Shown here one piece after another: positions 13,185 to 27,228 of a stretch of DNA of 64,000 bases; within the stretch, counting starts at the first letter, position 1, and each line of letters begins with the position of its first letter. Position numbers and translations under genes: made by a program. Below the pieces are notes generated by a model. It was not told the origin of the DNA and made no database searches. It saw nothing but the letters and a program-made list of their open reading frames with translations. Source of the stretch: the human T2T-CHM13v2.0 reference genome, Homo sapiens; NCBI RefSeq assembly GCF_009914755.1, contig NC_060930.1. One strand, given 5' to 3'.

Positions 13185-13665
13185 ACTATATGAAACATTC
13201 AGAATGCCATTAAGGAAATAGAAGTCTCACTAGGATATTGGAATAGAAAAAGATATATTATAGGGATTTATAAGCTTAAGGGCTGCTCAAAGCACTAGGA
13301 GAGTGAAGACTAGAAGGCCACTTTCAGGCAATCTGGAAGTGCAGCAATTGCAAAGAAGCTTCCATCAGTGATTACAGCCATATGGCAGCATCAGGGATGG
13401 AGATTCTGAAGGGAATGCCTAGAGCCACCTGCAAGCTGCCAAAGATCTTTGCTGCCTCAGTACGTAAGTGGGTGATCCTCAGGTGGAGCATTCAGTGCTA
13501 CAGGATGCTTGTGTATATCTGCCTCTAGAAAATGAGGGCTCTCCTCTTTTGCCTTCAGAATCCAACCTGGAACTGTAGTGAAAAGAGATTATGAGATTTA
13601 AACTTTTGGCTTCCTCCCAGAGATGATGGAAGGGGCAGAGATGAAGCTGAATTGACAAAGGACAT
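13185..13665 (-). mobile_element. Old ERVL/MaLR-type LTR relic (subfamily unresolved)
   Basis: cagaatgccattaaggaaatagaagtctcactaggatatt...atattatagggattt resembles old LTR termini; GC-richer than its flanks. Confidence 0.4.
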
Positions 13666-13704
13666 AAAAATGGTCAATGCCTTTTTAATAGCTTCATACT
13701 ATAT

Positions 13705-14148
13705 TGTACTGTAAATTTTTAAAACTTCATATTTTTTCTTTCTTTTTTTCTTGCTTCCTCAACATCCCCACAGACAAGCTGTGAGCACCCTGCCCAAGTG
13801 ATCAAGTTCACCAGTGAATAGAGTGGTCTGTGACACAAGTTCCTCTTCTTGCCCTCCCCTGACAGTGACCTGGTAACATCCAAAAGGACCAGTGAAATCC
13901 CTTCAAGCCTTTTCTGATGTACTCTATTCTGACGTATAAGAAAAACCCTCGCCTGACGGTTTCTTGGGGCTTTTCACTGGCTTGGTTGAACCTGCTCCTG
14001 TGGTGCTCCTCCTCTGGGGCCCCTCTCAGCATACAGTACTCTTTCTAGAACCTGTGAGCATAATAAACATTGTTTCCCTGAGTCTCTCCCGTGTCCCGTC
14101 TTGGGGACACATCTGATTGACCACTACCGAAAAAAAAAAAAAAAAACA
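13705..14148 (+). mobile_element. ERVL solo LTR, LTR53/MER88-like
   Basis: TG (tgtactgtaaattttt) ... CA ends; GTATAAGAAAAA TATA at ~13934; AATAAA at ~14062; A-run just before the terminal CA. Confidence 0.65.
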
Positions 14149-14652
14149 TACACACACACATAAAACATATATCATAATCCATATGAATTGATAAAGCTTT
14201 CTTAATGCCATTTTTGGAAATATTTCTAATTTTTGCAAATTTTAAGTACTGAAATGAGTATTCATTAAGTGTTATATATAAACGGCAAATATATATATGT
14301 ATTTATATGCCTGCTAAGGCTATTTCTTAATGTTCAGAAAAGTAATATAAAGTGCTTGATTTTGGAAACTAAAAATCGAAAATTTAAAAAGAAATGCATA
14401 ATGAACTTAATTTTCAATTTGGGTTTGGGGTCAACAATGTGAATCTCCTAATAATTGTCAAAATTCAATAATTCATACATTATTTAGTATGCCCATTTCT
14501 CCAAAACAGCCTTAAAATTAATCTATTTTGTGGGAAACATTGTGAAAGTTACCCAAAGAGAAGAAAATGTGTTTATGATGAAGTTGCTGTCATCCAGAAA
14601 CTTATAATCAAGTTGGTAAGATATGACATAATTTGCTATTTAAAGCACACGT

Positions 14653-14653
<1 letters not shown>

Positions 14654-14687
<34 letters not shown>
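14654..14687. repeat. (CA)n microsatellite
   Basis: Seen directly. Confidence 0.95.
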
Positions 14688-14689
<2 letters not shown>

Positions 14690-17600
14690 TTCAAGGCTGC
14701 ATATGTACCTAAGTATATCAATTTTTTAAGTTGCTATTTTGATTTTTTTCAAATATACAGATGTGTCTGAATGCAGGGATTATAGCTGAGCACAATATCA
14801 GGCCACTGTATAGATTTGATTACATAGTAATTAAATATCTTGATGGGCGATTCTCACTATCTTAAAGAGAAAAGTACACAGAGGGGGGAAAAATTGATAA
14901 AGTATGTCAAATTTCTTTTTTTAAAATATAAATAAAATTTAAAAATACTTATGTATCATTTTTTGGCTATTCAGGGTCTTATTTTTTTGTTCATACTCCT
15001 TAAATTGCCTAATATTAAAAATGCATATTGAAATGATTACATAGAAAAACAGCTTAGTAAACAATTAAAAAATATTTACCTTGTGCGTTCAGCTAACTTA
15101 GAAAACTAGATTATTTCTGGAGATGTTAAATGAGAGAGAGAGGAAGAATGTATATTTAGCATTTTAATTTCAAATGTCATATTGATATAGCCCTTATAAT
15201 CACACATCAGTTTTATGCTATTGTTCACCTATATTTTTAGGAGTTTTATGCCTTAAAATGCAGTTTTACTGCTATTGTTACAGGCATTTATTTTTTAAGA
15301 AAACAGTCCATTTTTTGCTCTTTGGGTATAACAAAAACACAGCTTCAGTCTTTGACTATATAATCCTCAGCATGAGGAGCAATCCTTTCATTAAAAATAA
15401 ATAAATAAATAAGGAAGAGCCTGTATTCTGTACCCTGGAGAAATCCTGACTGTGGCTTGATACCCAAGAAGAAAAGCCTTTGAAATGAATCTAATGTCAC
15501 ATTATTGAAAATGTAGCCACACAGATTAACTTTTTTCACTCTGCAATGGCTTACAAAGCTTCAAATGCCCAGAATCTCCTAAACCAGACAATTTAAGGAA
15601 TCTACATAAGCTTGCACAGTTTTAAGCTTTCCGACTTTGAATGTTAGCTTTGAAGTTTTGCCAGAACCTGACTGTAGAAGAATTGCTTTTAAACGGAATT
15701 CATGACACTAGAATTAGTGTTGGAGGTTCCATATGCTTAATAATGATCTTGACCATGCAAACCATAGACAGCCATCACATATGGTACCTCTGAGTTAATA
15801 ATTCTCCAAAGATAAGATGTGTAACATCCTGGCTCCAGTATTTATTTATTTTCCATCTTTATACATTGGGGCTTTGGATAATATCCAACTTAAAGAGCCA
15901 ATTTTCTTAATAGCATATGGCATTTGTCCATGGGTAAGAGAGCATAGAAAAGAGAAAGGAAAGAAGTTTATAATGGTTGAATTATAAATGTCCCAATATC
16001 ATATTTCTTCTCTCTTTTTTTGCCTTTTTCATTTAATTAGCTGAAAATCCTATAGCAAATTTCTGGGCAAAACTCCACTGTCAAGTGTTTTTCTGCCAAC
16101 TACCAACCAAGACCAATTCTACTTCCATAAACTTTTCTGGACCTTTAGATAAACAAATTTATCCTCAAAGAATGGAGTTTATTACAAAACCTTTTTAATA
16201 TTAAGGTATGCACTTCGTTTTAATTTGAAGACTTGTATTTTGCCCCTTAAAAAAATATAAAAAATTATCATATGGGTCTTCCCTCCTATCCTAAATTCGA
16301 CTTCAATTTCCACCCAAGAGGAAAAAAAAGTCCCCAAGTCTATACGATTGGATGGCAAAGAGAATCACATATGGGGAGAATTATTATTCCCCTCAATTCT
16401 CCATACTTTCCAAGAAATCCACAATGCCATTTTTAGTGTATAGGTCTGGCATCTGCCACAAAATTGAAGAGTAAGAATGTGGTCCGATAGGGTTTATGAT
16501 TCTGCCAACTAAAATATTTAGTAATTTTAATAAAAAGGGGCAAGTAGATATATTTGAAAAGTACATACAAATAAGTTTTAATTTTACCTACCTATTATTT
16601 TGAGATATTCTTCTAATATGTGGTTCTAGGTAACAAAAATGCTTTAGCATTTTAAATAATATTTTTAATCAATTATGAGTTTGTACAGCAAGTTAAAAAT
16701 CTTTTATGAGTTTGATCTGAAAACATAGGTAACAAAGAAGAAAACCTACATTAATTTTCTATACAGTTAGTATCTAAGTAATCACATTTATACAATCTGT
16801 CTATAATAGTAAAGCTTATTTTTTGTGATTAGTGTATAAACATAAAACTCAAAGAAAATACATAATTTTTACAATATTTTCTAATCCCATTTCTATATCC
16901 TTAATTGTTTCAGCAATTATAATGGAGATTAGAAAACAATTCTGGTATATAATTGCTGTAATCGCTTTCCTAAATTTTTTAAAGGCTAGAATTGATAAAT
17001 AATAAATTGACAAGCTGTTAAAATGTGTATCATGACTTCTTTTAAAAATACTTTCAATGTGTAAAATCAAATGAGATAGTTTACAATGCTTGGGGCCAAT
17101 GAAATTATGCTGTTCATAAGAAATGTAAAAATTATATTTAAATGAATGGAACATCTAGAAGGTTACCAACTGATTTTGTTTAATAATCAGCCAATACGAA
17201 TATTTTGCATCTGCCAATGCAGAAACTCACACACAGACATATAAACACATGCAGACGTATAAACACATATTCATACAAGTATACACATTTTCTTTATATT
17301 TTTCTATAAATTCTTTGATTATAAGACTGACTTCCTTCCTTCCTTCCTTCTTTTTCTCTTATGAAGAACGTAAGATCATTTCAAACAATTATATTGCTTA
17401 ATGGTATGTTTTTACTTATCTTTTAAGTCATTCAGCAATTACTGAGCACTTATGCTGTCTCAGCATTGATTTTCAGTTTTGGTGATATTTACATGAAAAA
17501 TACCTCATCTTTGGGAGTGACACAGGGCTATTTTTTAGATAGATACAGTGACATAAAACAAGTGCCATAACTACAGCACCGTGTGTTTATGTTGTAGGTA

Positions 17601-20186
17601 AATTTGAATTATTCAAATGTGGAGCAGTATGATGTAAATTATTAATAAACTATTAATTTATATAAAATATTTTAAGTAGAGTACATCAATCACAAATTAA
17701 GTTGATCAAATGTACATAATTTTAAAATGTATAGGTAGGATGAACAATGAACTTGGCTTAATCTCTTGACTAATGGTTGTGTCAATTTGATTGTTAAAAA
17801 TTTACCCACCATACTTTTCCAGATTTGGGTTTGAATTATTTGAGTTTTTCCAAATGAAACTTCCCAATAAAGCTCTCAAAACAAACAAAATGAGACTTTT
17901 ATAATAAAAGGTATTGTTAAGGAAGTAAGAATCTAAGCCAACAGAAAGTTGCCATAGAATGCTTATGAGATGAAACAATTTTTTAATTAAACATTGGAGT
18001 TTTTGGTCCAGTTTTCCTATTCAATTAGGTAGAAGAGATTTTATCATGCTGAGAAATAAGCATATACAGACACAGCATGTTGAAAAATAAGTAGTCCAAA
18101 TAACTACTCTCAAGAATGAGAAGAGTGATGGGCAATTAGACTACTCAGATAAGTGTTAATAAAAGACTCACACAAATGAATTTGAATATATGATATTGAT
18201 GATGTTGATGTTATAATTGAGAGATTAAGTTCTTATCACCATTTCTCAACACAAAACCTTATAAACGTTTTAAAATTCTTCACAGACTCAAAATGGTATA
18301 TGAGATCTCTCCCTCTGTAATTGAATTTTTTAGAAACAAAAACAAAATGTGTTCATGTGAAATGTAAGGGTAAAAATGACTCTATCCATATTAATAATAA
18401 ATACTGGTAGAGACTGTGAATTAATCTGCATTCCCCTCACCAGTGCTTAGTAGAGTAACTTGCAAAAGTAAGCATTTAATAAATGATTTTTGAACTGAAT
18501 CACATTTTATTTTATTAACTAAATCAGTTGTAATTTTTTTAGTCCTTTTTTCCAGTTTGACCATTTCCTTTCTTGTTTCTATTTATAATTAATAATTCTG
18601 TAGCTCTGTAAAATAACTCAGTCTCAAGTTTCAAATCTATAAAATTCTTGCTTTATCTATTTCCAACTCTCTTTTGAATATAAAAAAATTACATGTAAAC
18701 TTACCTTTGTAATTTAAAAATGTTTAATATAATTTTTCTGGCTAATAGTAAGTATTCAATGAGTATTTTAATACACCAACAGAAATAAATCCTTTATGAT
18801 TTGCTTTTAAATTTTAAATCCTTTCTTACAGATTGCTATTAAATTATAACATATCTTAAGAATACATTAAGTACCAACAGAAGAAAATATTACTGAATTT
18901 AAATTGAATTTGTCATAGCAACAGACAATCTAACATGAAACACGGAGATAGAAAAGAACTTTAAAAAAGTATAAAGAGCATCATTGACCTGTAGAACACT
19001 TCCAGTGGCCTAATGTAGTGTAGTTGACATCCCTGAAGGCAAAGAATGTGGGCTGAAAAAATATTTTAAGAAATAATGCCTGAAACATTTTGAAATTCTA
19101 TAAAACTACAACCCTAAGTTCTAAGAATTTCAAGAAACCCCAACCACAGGAAATAAAAATAAAACTATGCCAAGGAACATCATAATCAAATTGCTCAAAA
19201 CCAGAAATGTAGAAAAAAAATCTTAAAAAACTAGAGAAAAAGACATTTTATCTATAGAAGACACAGATAGGATTGACAGCAGCTTTTTCATTGGAAAAAT
19301 GCAACAAAAGCAGACAGTGGAGAAATACTCAAATTATTGAAAAAATGTCAACACAGAATTCTATACACAGTATAAAATATATTTTTATAATTAATGGCAA
19401 AACAAATACTTTTTAGACATATAAAATCTGAAATTATTTATATCTAGCAGATCCACACTATGACAAATGTTAAAGGAAATCCTTCAGGCAGAAAACAAGT
19501 GCAGAGTTGTGTTTCTACAAGAAACAAAAGGCACTAGAAATGGTAACTACATAGACAAGTATGTATAATATTTTTACTATATAATATTTTTAAACAAAAT
19601 AGTCTATTTAAATAATAATATAGATATAGTGTGGTGTTTATAATATTAAATGCACAATGTATGGAAATGATAACATATAGGCTGGAGGAGTTCTTATTCT
19701 ATACGTGAAATGTCATAATATCAAATGAAAGTAAGCTATGATAATATAAATCCCAAACCAACCTCTAAAATAACAAAATAAAAGTTAAAACTATTAAGCC
19801 AAGAAGGGGAAACTTTAGAAGACAATCAATTAGAATGGAAGCAACAAAAATAGAAAAGAGAACAAAAACTGTATGAGGCAAATAGAAAATCAATGACATA
19901 ATAAAAGACTTAAATCTCACCATCTCAATAATTTAATGGAAAAGAAATGCTCTAAACAACCCCAGTACAAAGTCAGAGGTAAAACTGAGAAAAGAGAAAG
20001 ATCCAATTATTTCTTGCCTACAAGAAAAACACTTTAAGAATAGAGATACAAATAAGTTATAGGTAAAAAGGTGAATTAAGAAATACTATGGTAATGCAAG
20101 TTTAAAAAATAAAGCTGAATAAGCTATATTATTTTGAGAGAAAGTAGATTTTAGACTAAATAATTTTACCAAGAATACAAACCATC

Positions 20187-21607
20187 TTTTTTTTTAATCT
20201 TTCCTTTTTTAAAAGTTTTATTTTAGGTTCAAAGATACATGTGTAGGTTTGTTATATATGTAAACTCATGTCACAAGGGTTTGTTGTACAGATTTTTAAT
20301 CACCCAGGTACTAAGCCTAGTACCCAATAGTTACTTTTTCTGATCCTCTTCCTCCCCCAACACTTCACCCTCAAGCAGGCCCCAGCATCTGTTGTTCCCC
20401 TTTTTGTGTCTATGTTTTCTCATAATTGAGTTGAGGACATGATCTCTTTCTTTTTATGGCGGTATAGTGTTCCATGTTGTATAGATACCACATTTTCTTT
20501 ATTCAATCTGCCATTGATGGGCATTTTGGTTGACTTCACGTCTTTGCTATTGTGAATGCTGCTGCAATGAACAAACATGTGCATGTGTCTTTATGGTAGA
20601 ATGATTTATATTCTTCTGGGTATATACCAGTAACAGTATGGCTGGGTTTAATGGTAACTCTGTTTTTAGCTCTTTGAAGAATTACCATCTTAATTACCAC
20701 TTACCAGCCTTCCAAAATAGCTGAACTAATTTCCACTTCCACCAACAGTGTGTAAGTGTTCCTTTTCTCTACAACTTAGACAGCATTCTGTTATTTTCTG
20801 ACTTTCAATAATAGGCATTCTGACTGTTATGAGATGGTATCTCATTATGGTTTTGATTTTCATTTTTCTATTGATCAGTGATGTTGAGATTTTTTTAATA
20901 TGATTGTTGGCCACATATATGTCTTTTTTTGAAAAGTATCTGTTCATGTTCTTTTCCCACTTTTTAATGGGGTTGTTTATTTTGTTCTTGTAAATTTGTT
21001 TAAGTTCCTTATAGATGCTGGATATTAGATCTTTATCATATGCATAGTTTGTAGATATTTTCTCCCATTCTGTAGGTTGTCTATTGGCCCTCTTGGTAGT
21101 TTCTTTTGCTGTGCAGAAGCTCTTAAGTTTAATTAGATACCATTTGTCAATTTTTGTTTTTGTTGTGATTGCTTCTGGCATCTTTGTCATGAGATTTTTG
21201 CCCATTCATATGTCCAGAATGGTACTGCCTAGGTTGTCTTCCAGGGTTTTTATTGTTTTGGATTTTACATTTCAGTTTTAATCCATCTTAAGTTGGTTTT
21301 TGCCTATGGTGTAAGGAAGGAGTCCAGATTCAATTTTCTGCATGTGGCTGGCCAGTTATCCCAGCACCATTTTATTGAATAAGAAATCATTTCCTCATTG
21401 TTTGTTTTTGTCAGCCGTGTCAAAGATTAGATGGTTGTAGTTGTGTGTCCTTATTTCTAGGCTCTCTTCTGTTCCATTGGTCTGTGTGTCTGTTTTTGTA
21501 GCAGTACCATGCTGTTTTGTTTACTGTAGTCCTGTAGCATAGTTTCAAGTTGGGTAACATAATGCCTCCTGCATTGTTCTTTTTGCTTAGAATTGCCTTG
21601 GCTATTC
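20187..21607 (-). mobile_element. L1PA13-16 (L1PA15-like) 3' segment: ORF2 C-terminus, 3'UTR, poly(A)
   Basis: T-rich tail at 20187; 3'UTR ggtactaagcctagtacccaatag; ORF 20726..21205 is an ORF2 C-terminal fragment ([19 protein letters not shown]). Confidence 0.92.
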
Positions 21608-22716
21608 CAAAAAAAAAAAAAAAAATTGAGAAGGGACTCCTCCCCAACTCATTCTATGAGGCCAGCATCATTGTGATAGCAAAACCTGGCAGAAACACAA
21701 TAATAAAAAAAATAAAAAATAATAAATAAATAAATAAATAAAAACTTCAGGCCAGTATCTTTGATGAACGTTGATCTAAAAATCCTTAACAAAATACCTG
21801 CAAACCAAATTCAGCAGCACATCAAAAAGGAAATCCACGATGATCGAGTAGGCTTTAACCCTGGGATACAAGGTTGGTTCAACATACATAAATAAATATA
21901 TGTGATTCATCACATAAATAGGACTAAAGACAAAACCCAGATGATTATCTCAGTATATACAGAAAAGGCTTTTGATAAAATTCAACATCCCTTCATGTTA
22001 AAAACTCTCAATAAACTAGGTATTGAAATAGCATACCTCAAAATAATAAGAGCCATCTATGACAAACCAACAGCCAACATTTTACTAAATGGATAAAAGC
22101 TGGAAACATTTTCCTTGAAAAACTGGCACAAGACAAGGATGCCCTCTCTCACAACTCCTATTCAACATAGTATTGAAAGTCTTGGCCAGAGCAATCAGGC
22201 AAGAGAAAGAAACGAAGGGCATTGCAATAGGAAGAGAGGAAGTCAAAGTATCCCTGCAGACATGATTCTATGTCTGAAAACCTCCGTAGTCTGGACCGCA
22301 AAGCTCCTTCACCTGATAAACAACTTCAGCAAAGTTTCAGGATACAAAATCAATGTACAAAATCAATGTACAAAATCATTAGCGTTCCTATACATTAATA
22401 ACAGCCAGGCTGAGAGCCAAATAAGGAATGCAATCCCATTCACAGTCACCACAAAAAGAATAAAAGACCCAGGAATACAGCTAACCAGGGAGGTGAAAGA
22501 TCTTTACAATGAGAATTTAAAAACACTGCTCAAAGAAACCAGAGATGACATAAACAAATGGGAAAACATTCCATGCTCATGAGGAAGGAAGAATCAATAT
22601 CTTTAAACTGGCCATACTGCCCAAAGCAATTTACACATTTAATGCTATTCCTATCAAACTACCAATGGCATTCTTCACAGAACTAGAAAAAATATTTTAA
22701 AATGTATATGGAACCA
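21602..22716 (+). mobile_element. Inverted 5' segment (ORF2 RT region) of the same L1PA
   Basis: Sense ORF2 RT fragments ([12 protein letters not shown]; PADMIL) ending ...atatggaacca, contiguous in L1 coordinates with the start of the antisense segment. Confidence 0.9.
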
Positions 22717-24129
22717 GACAATCCTTTCACGTGATTAAAAAGGACTGACTTTATTGAACACTCCAGACAAAAACATCAGAATGCATATTCATTTCAAGTG
22801 TACATAACACATGTACCGAAATAAATAAAATTATTTGCAATAAAGCAAGCTTCAATATATTAAAAATGAAATTAAATTAGAATACAATGAAAATAAGAGC
22901 TCTGGAAAATTCTCAAATATTTGAAAATGTATTAGTATACTTCCAAATTATTCATGGAATCAAAAAATAATCATTTATGGTAGCTGAGAAAACTACTCCA
23001 AATATAAGCATGGACATGCAGATAATTATAAGGGTCCAAAGGAAAAACTGTTGATAAATACGAAAGTTACACTGCAAAACAACAATAATTATATATTGTG
23101 GAATAAAGACATATAAAAACTAAAGTATAAATGAATAACTTTAATTTTCTAATTACTGATTTAACCTAGTAAACTTAACTTTAACTAGGTTTCGAAGCTT
23201 TGCTAGATGTGCTAATGAAATTAAGATGTTCTACGAAATTAAGAAATGGCAGTGAAGAAGATGCAGACTCTTGTATTCAGGGAAATCACAATTTAATGAA
23301 AAAATTGAATACATAAAAATCCATTAAAATATTAGCCAATAGCACAGAGGATATACTATTTGCCCTTCACAATATCTCCAGTAGAACATTTTTTATCTCA
23401 CAAAATGTGTTATGTTGTCTCTTCACACTATCCCCAACATAATTTCATGAAAGTAGCATCTGCTGGTCTTCAGTGTGTACAAACAGGAACATACAAATCT
23501 GTAAGGTTTTAGAAAGCTGCATCAATAAATTTTCTGGAAGCCAATCCCTATTCTCAAACTCTTCCCTCTTTCCCAGAGCTTTTCAATTACATTAATACCC
23601 CACCCCCACCCCACATTGAATCTATCCAGCCCTGTTATTTTCTAAAATCTTAATTTAGCACTTAGAAAAAAAAGAAACTATACCGTTTTTGAGGACCAGA
23701 ACATATCCACCTTTCTGTGGCTAAGAGTATACATAAAAAGAAGAAAAATATAATATTTTCATTATATCAGGTAAACAATTGCTCTTTCATTGTCATTTCC
23801 AAGGAAATAAATGTCAAAGTATGGTATTATAGTGATACACTGCTATTCCCTATAAATTTACCAATGAAAGCAGCTCTATAGGGTGGATTTATGATGATAT
23901 GAAATGAAAAAAGCAGGATTAGGCAACAGTTAACTGATATTAAAATGTCAAGCACAAGGTGAAAATAATCCTTTGATTGAAGATTGTAGTTTGTGGAATT
24001 CACGTTTCATGAATTATACAATGATGAACAACTATTCTATTGAAGATATTTTCTTTCATTTATTTGACATGATACTATTCTGTTAAATGAGTTAAGGAAA
24101 GAAGGGAAGGAATAGCAATACCCAGTTTC

Positions 24130-24505
24130 TGTAAAAATCAGAATAGATTAATTTATGCTATAATGACAGGCTAACTCCAAACTCTAGCAGCTTAAAGGAA
24201 CAAAAAGTTACTTCTTGCTTTTGCTGCAGGTTTAATGCAGGTCAATAATAGAATCTGCTCATCATAGCCTCTGAGGCTGATGGAAGCTCTATTTTAACAC
24301 TTGCTTCCACATCAACAAGGCACAGGAAGGGGACTCAGTAAATTATATACTGATATTAAAGCTTTTGCCTGAAAGTGACAGGCACACTTTCACTCATTCC
24401 TGAACATTCTGCTGAACAAAGAAAGTCGCACGGCAATTTCTAACAAAAGCAAGAAGGTTCAACCCTACTAGCTACCTGGAAGGACAATTAGAATATTGGC
24501 TCTTC
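24130..24505 (-). mobile_element. MLT1 (I/J/L-type) MaLR LTR
   Basis: cagaatagattaatttatgctataatgac...gcagcttaaaggaacaaaaagttacttcttgc...gaaagtgacaggcacactttcactca. Confidence 0.6.
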
Positions 24506-24624
24506 ACGCCTACAATTCAATAAAGAGAATTAGACATTTACTCCAATGGCAATACAAGAAGAGATATGATAAGGGCCTAGGAGTATAATGTTGAAAATAT
24601 AATGGTAATGCCAACACAAAGATT

Positions 24625-24847
24625 AGTAATATCTAAATTGTATTGATTTATTATTTATTATTTTATTATTTTTACCAGGCATCATTCTAAGTGCTCTACA
24701 TGGCATATGGCATTAATGCATTTAATTCTCAAAGCAGCTCTATGAGATAGGTAGTATTGTTATAACTTCATTCTACATATAAAACATGAGGCACAAAGAA
24801 GTTAAATTACTTGTTCATAGTTGTTTATGGACTGGATAGATAGGTAG

Positions 24848-24883
<36 letters not shown>

Positions 24884-24960
24884 TGTTTTGACTGAGCCAA
24901 GATTTGAACCTAAGGAATTTGGTTCCTGAGCCTGAGCCCTAAATTCTGTATGATATAATA
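24625..24960 (-). mobile_element. MIR with internal (TG)16 at 24850-24881
   Basis: ccaggcatcattctaagtgct...ctatgagataggtagtatt...gagccaagatttgaacc. Confidence 0.75.
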
Positions 24961-26910
24961 GCCAATTTGCTTTAGTACATTTACTTTCAACTTTTGTTTT
25001 TAATATATAGGACATTTACTTACATTAAAGCTTATTAAGAAGCTTATTATAAAAATGGATCTAATTGGAGCATCTTTGGTTAAAACAGGAAGAAGAAGCC
25101 AAAGCTCTATCCATTTGGGACAGCATGTGTCTCCCAGCTACTGATTTAGAAGGCTGTCATTAACATCAAAAAAGGCTTGAAATTTGTTTATTTGCTAAAA
25201 ATATAACCACTGAATATGACTCTTCAGGCTCTCATACCTTAGCTAAATTATCTAATTATAACAGTTGTTTCTCTCTCTCAAAAAAAAATAAAATAAAATA
25301 AAATAAAATGAATAAAAAAAATAAAGTATCCTGAGACACAAAGTCAGGACAAGCTGAAATTGAAAATACGAAGCTTTTGATTTCTAGAAAGAGCTTAATT
25401 TTAGAAAAACTTTACTCAACTACAAGTATGCAAACAAAACCAGGATTAAGAGAGCTGTAAAGAGCTGTAAGAAATGGACGACACCTCATAAAAACGATGA
25501 AAAGCAGTATCCTACTAGCTAGTTGTTAGACAACTGGGTAATTTTGTGTAAATTTATAAAGAGGCTGAAAAGCACAGCTCTCTGTCAGCCACCTACAGAG
25601 AGTCTGAATACTCTGTATACTCCACGAAATCTACGCACTTGTCCAAAGTGTTTGTTCTTCTGATCTTAAATTGGCTTTCCCTTACTCTTTCTTCATTAAC
25701 CCTGAACTGAGAAAATATTGATATTATGTATTTTTAGCTTCTCCACCAATAATTGCTTTCTCTAAACTTGTCTGGATATAATAAAGAAACAAAAACTCAG
25801 TTTTAATGATATGTTTTCTCACAGTTCAGCAGTTAACTTCAGTATTTACCACTAAATACTATTTTAAGAAAATAAATACTTGAGAACAAAAACCTTAATT
25901 TCAACTCATCAATAACATATTAATAAATATTTAACACCCTAACCTGCCCTTAAAATACAGTAGTTAGGTAGTAAGCTTGGGTTTGAAAGCTAGTTTAAAT
26001 AAATACAAAATAAATAAGCAAATACACAATAAATACATACATTTTCTAGACAGCCTTCCGTCCCATATACAGAGCTACATTGATTCACCAAATACTTTCA
26101 TTTTGTATTGTTCTCCTTTAATTAACCTCATGAAGATATTAATGCACTTCAGCCTTGCCATGTAATACTTTTTTTAACCTTTATAATTATAACGAGGTGT
26201 CACTATACTTAAGAGAATAAGGTTAAAATATTTTATTACTTATAATTATTTTCAACTCTATTATTATATTTAATTGGTAAGTAAAAATTTGAAAAAGAAT
26301 TTTGAATATTTTGCAATTATTATTTAGACAAAAAATTGATAATTTCAAATGCAAACAGTCTGAATTTAAAAAATAAATTAGAAAACATAATTTTACTGGT
26401 GAAAAATATATTAGTAATATTAGTATAACAGAAAGTATTTAAAGTGTGTTTACGTTTCTGGAAACTTTCTAATATAAAAATATATCTCTGATAGCTCTCT
26501 TCATTGTTTGGATTTTGTATAACAGTGTGCCTACTGGACACAAAATTTAAAGCCTCTACGAATTTTCAAAGAAAACATCAATGATTAGGGGGATATAAGC
26601 AAATGTTTTTATGGTCCTTGAAGAAGTTTCACATCAAACATGTAACACAGCAAATGATCCTGAAAACAAACAAACAAATTAAAAACAAACCTCACCTCAG
26701 ACATTGACAGTTTTTCAAGTCTTGTCTTGAACTTGCTGACCATGGGACTTTTATCTCTGAAATTTTCCCTATTAAATGCATCTATCTCAACCTCTAAGGC
26801 ACTTAAAATTTCTCATTCCTCTTTTATTCAGAATAGTTAGCTCTTCCATGGAAATCTGGGCACTGGATATTATCATTTATGTTGGACAAAAAAATTTTCT
26901 GACAAAGTAG

Positions 26911-27228
<318 letters not shown>

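Larger units (their letters stand above)
12950..14300 (-). mobile_element. Old L1ME 3' fragment interrupted by two LTR insertions
   Basis: L1ME antisense motifs at 12990-13180, 13670-13704 and 14170-14250 flank the inserts. Confidence 0.5.
18880..23050 (+). mobile_element. Old L1M (L1MC/L1M4-like) ORF1 to ORF2-EN relic, split by the L1PA insertion at 20187-22716
   Basis: ORF1 motifs (ccaaggaacatcataatcaaattgctcaaaacc) and EN-start motifs (gcctacaagaaaaacacttt); homology resumes after 22716. Confidence 0.75.

Noticed and set aside
18700-18710. Strong minus-strand donor AAG|GTAAGT (also GAG|GTGAGG at ~26696)
   Set aside because: No convincing acceptor at exon distance; orphan motifs are expected by chance.
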